A stretch of 64,000 nucleotides of DNA, taken from positions 1 through 64,000 of the forward strand of contig CAUYUJ010000109.1 of the NCBI GenBank assembly GCA_963575745.1, in the 5' to 3' direction. Under the pieces are notes generated by a model. The model was given only the letters and a program-made list of their open reading frames with translations, ran no database searches and was not told where the DNA came from. Position 1 is the first letter of the stretch; each line of letters starts with the position of its first letter. The position numbers and the translations under genes are program-made. Shown here piece by piece: positions 61,745 through 64,000 of the stretch. The stretch is from Prorocentrum cordatum (Eukaryota).

Positions 61745-64000
61745 ATGCCGAACAATCAATGACCACTCAGGCGGTGGGCATCCTGTCTGCCCTGTCCCGA
61801 CGATGGGCCCCCGCTAAGAGACGGGGGGGGGATTTTTCTGGCCAGGTGTTGCCCCTGCCTACGACGGGCGCACTTCGGCGGAAGGTGCAGATGGCGCTGC
61901 GAATTATGCCAGAAGCCATGCGACGACATCGACCACCTTCTCAGCGAGGCTCACTACTTCGAAGCTGACAGACAGTTCTCGTGGCCCGACCCCTGCACCT
62001 CCACGTCCCCCGGCAGCGGGTGGACGATGACCTGGGGCAGCGCCTGGAAGTGCGACTACAAGTGCCCCATCGAGAGGTTGGCCTGGGTCGGATGGGCCCC
62101 CCCTAAACCCACCGTCGTGGGCGGTGCTCTGACGCTGCCGGGGTTTGCAATCCCAGAGGACTGCCTCCACGTGCCCACCAACTACCCGCCAGCCGACGAT
62201 CCCGTGGACTTTATCCCCCCCGTTGGCACCCGGTTTAGCCCGGGTGAGAGTCGGCCCGCTCGCGCAGACAGCACCGATGCATGGCGATGGCAGACGCGGA
62301 TTGCCGACGACGGCGACGCAGATACCGTAAGGGCGATGGCCACTTCGATTCATGACACTCTGCCCAGGCAGTCTTGGCCCAGTCCGGACAGCACTTTTCC
62401 CCCCAGTAGTGGGCAGCCCCAACCACGCACCTGGTCAGTGAGGCTCGACCCTGGCAGCAGAATCGTGGTCGAGTCCCCCGCCCCCACGGCTGCGCACGAA
62501 GTCCGACGGATCTTCGGACTCCCGAGCAGCCTCGGCCAGGCCCGCCTGCAGCCCACAGTCCGCTGGGGAACCTCTATGAGGCCGTGCCGCTTCCTTCGCG
62601 TCGGCCCTGCGCCCTGCGAGACTGCGGCCTCGCGCTGAAGCGGATCGCCTGGATCGAGGGGCGGGCGCCCCTGGAAACCCCGTGCGACGGGAACCCCAGG
62701 GCCAGGGACGACCTCGCGTGGAAAGGCAACGTGGCCCTCGGAGTACATATCACCAAGCTCAACCCCGACAGTGACTGCCGCGACCTCGATCGCTTCGACC
62801 TGAGACGCAGCCCGTGGACGGGAGAAGGCAAAGAGCTCCTCATCCTCGAGTGGCCGACCAGGTACCGCATCAGCATGAAAGGAGAAGGAGGGTCGCAGGG
62901 CGCCCAGAACCTCCTGGTCTCGGTGCAGGGCCCCACAGTCGACCAAGTCGCAGAGGTCACGATCAAGTGGCCACCTGCCCTGGGAGGCAACGTTCCGCAA
63001 CGAGAATGCGAGACCCTGAGGATCCCACTGGGCACCAGATATCCGTCCAACAGGTGCATTTTGTCTTACAACTATGGGAAGTACGGCCCGTTCCACGGAG
63101 ACACCTCAAGGGCCCCACCCCCGGACAGAGATGGCGAAGCCCATTGCAGGATTGACCGTGCCCCATCCGAGGTGCAATTCTGGAGGCAAGCCAGTGCCAT
63201 CAGCGACATCTACCACCTGAGCCAAAACCCCGAACAACTCTCCGGGATTCCGCGCAACAACATCGCCTTCCTGCTGGCCTTCCGCAACGCGTCCAAAGAC
63301 GACAAGGCCGCCGCCAACGACGTCACGAGGACAGGCAGAGTCGGCCATTACCTGAGGGCCAGAGCGTCTGCCGCGCTCGAAGCCCCCGTCCCTGACGCCG
63401 ACGTCCAGGCCGTGCGTGCGTCCGACAAGCCCTCTTTCCCTACTCCCCTCCCCTGGAGGTTACCCCCCTCGCCGACGATGAGGTGACCTCGGCCGTGGGC
63501 CATGTCTTCCAGGGGGCCCAATTGAGACCCTCGACAGACACCCTGGAATTAGGAGCAACCGGGCGCGGTCTCAACCCAGACGCCAGACGCGCCCTACTGG
63601 CCACCGTGGCTCACCACGTCACTGTCGTCCACGGCCCGCCTGGCACAGGCAAAACCAAGCTGTCCACGGCCACGCTGGACATCTGGGGGGGCGCCCTCAG
63701 AAGTGTCGCATTGGCAGCCGGACTGAACGCCGCTGCAGACCAACCAGGGCTCGCCATGGCGGCGGCATACCGTCTGAACCAACTGGACTCTCATACCTGC
63801 TTCCCTGACCGTTTCGTCCGGCTCGCCAGGAAAGAGAAGGTCGACGAAGAGCTGACTTGCTTCACCCCGGACGGACACTACCAGAGCGCCACAGGCCGCT
63901 TCCAGCTCCCAGAGGTTTCCGCGCAGGATTTCGTTCAATTCCGCACTGCCCTCATCAACAAGGCGAGAGTGATCGTCTCCACGCACGAAGCGGCTGAGGC
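61745..64000 (+). pseudogene. C2H2 (matrin/JAZ-like) zinc finger + UPF1/DNA2-like SF1 helicase; runs off the window end
   Basis: Finger WRCELCQKPCDDIDHLLSEAH at 61892-61954. Helicase motifs LNPD, VTVVHGPPGTGKT (GPPGTGKT at 63633-63656), AAGLNAAAD, FVRL and LINKARVIVST lie in a frame not listed in the ORF track. There is a TGA at 61760 and inferred frameshifts near 62600 and 63420. Confidence 0.8.

Overview
Repeat-dominated, GC-rich eukaryotic DNA, most likely dinoflagellate. That assignment is inferred from degenerate copies of the 22-nt dinoflagellate spliced leader and an AG|GT...AG|G intron. I see no intact housekeeping, rRNA or tRNA gene. Most ORFs in the track are artefacts of microsatellites and tandem repeats. 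The real coding remnants are all on the + strand: (1) a 5'-truncated, pseudogenised APE-RT LINE at 12633-17478, with a Pro-rich repeat N-terminus and a (CCCATT)n tail; (2) a divergent UPF1/DNA2-like SF1 helicase gene at 34604-38922, inside a unit that is also present as internally deleted tandem copies; (3) a 5'-truncated PIF1-family (Helitron-like) helicase with one intron and a long Cys-rich tail at 41068-44301; (4) an Arg/Ser-rich ORF at 45956-46903; (5) a degraded, co-oriented gene cluster from about 52770 to the window end, comprising a Zn-finger ORF1-like gene, an RT / CCHC finger / SET-like / RNase H polyprotein, and a C2H2-finger plus UPF1-like helicase. The best candidates for something new are cluster (5) and a spliced-leader-headed hairpin module that is repeatedly fused in front of different cargo ORFs. 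All domain calls come from motif reading by eye, not database searches.
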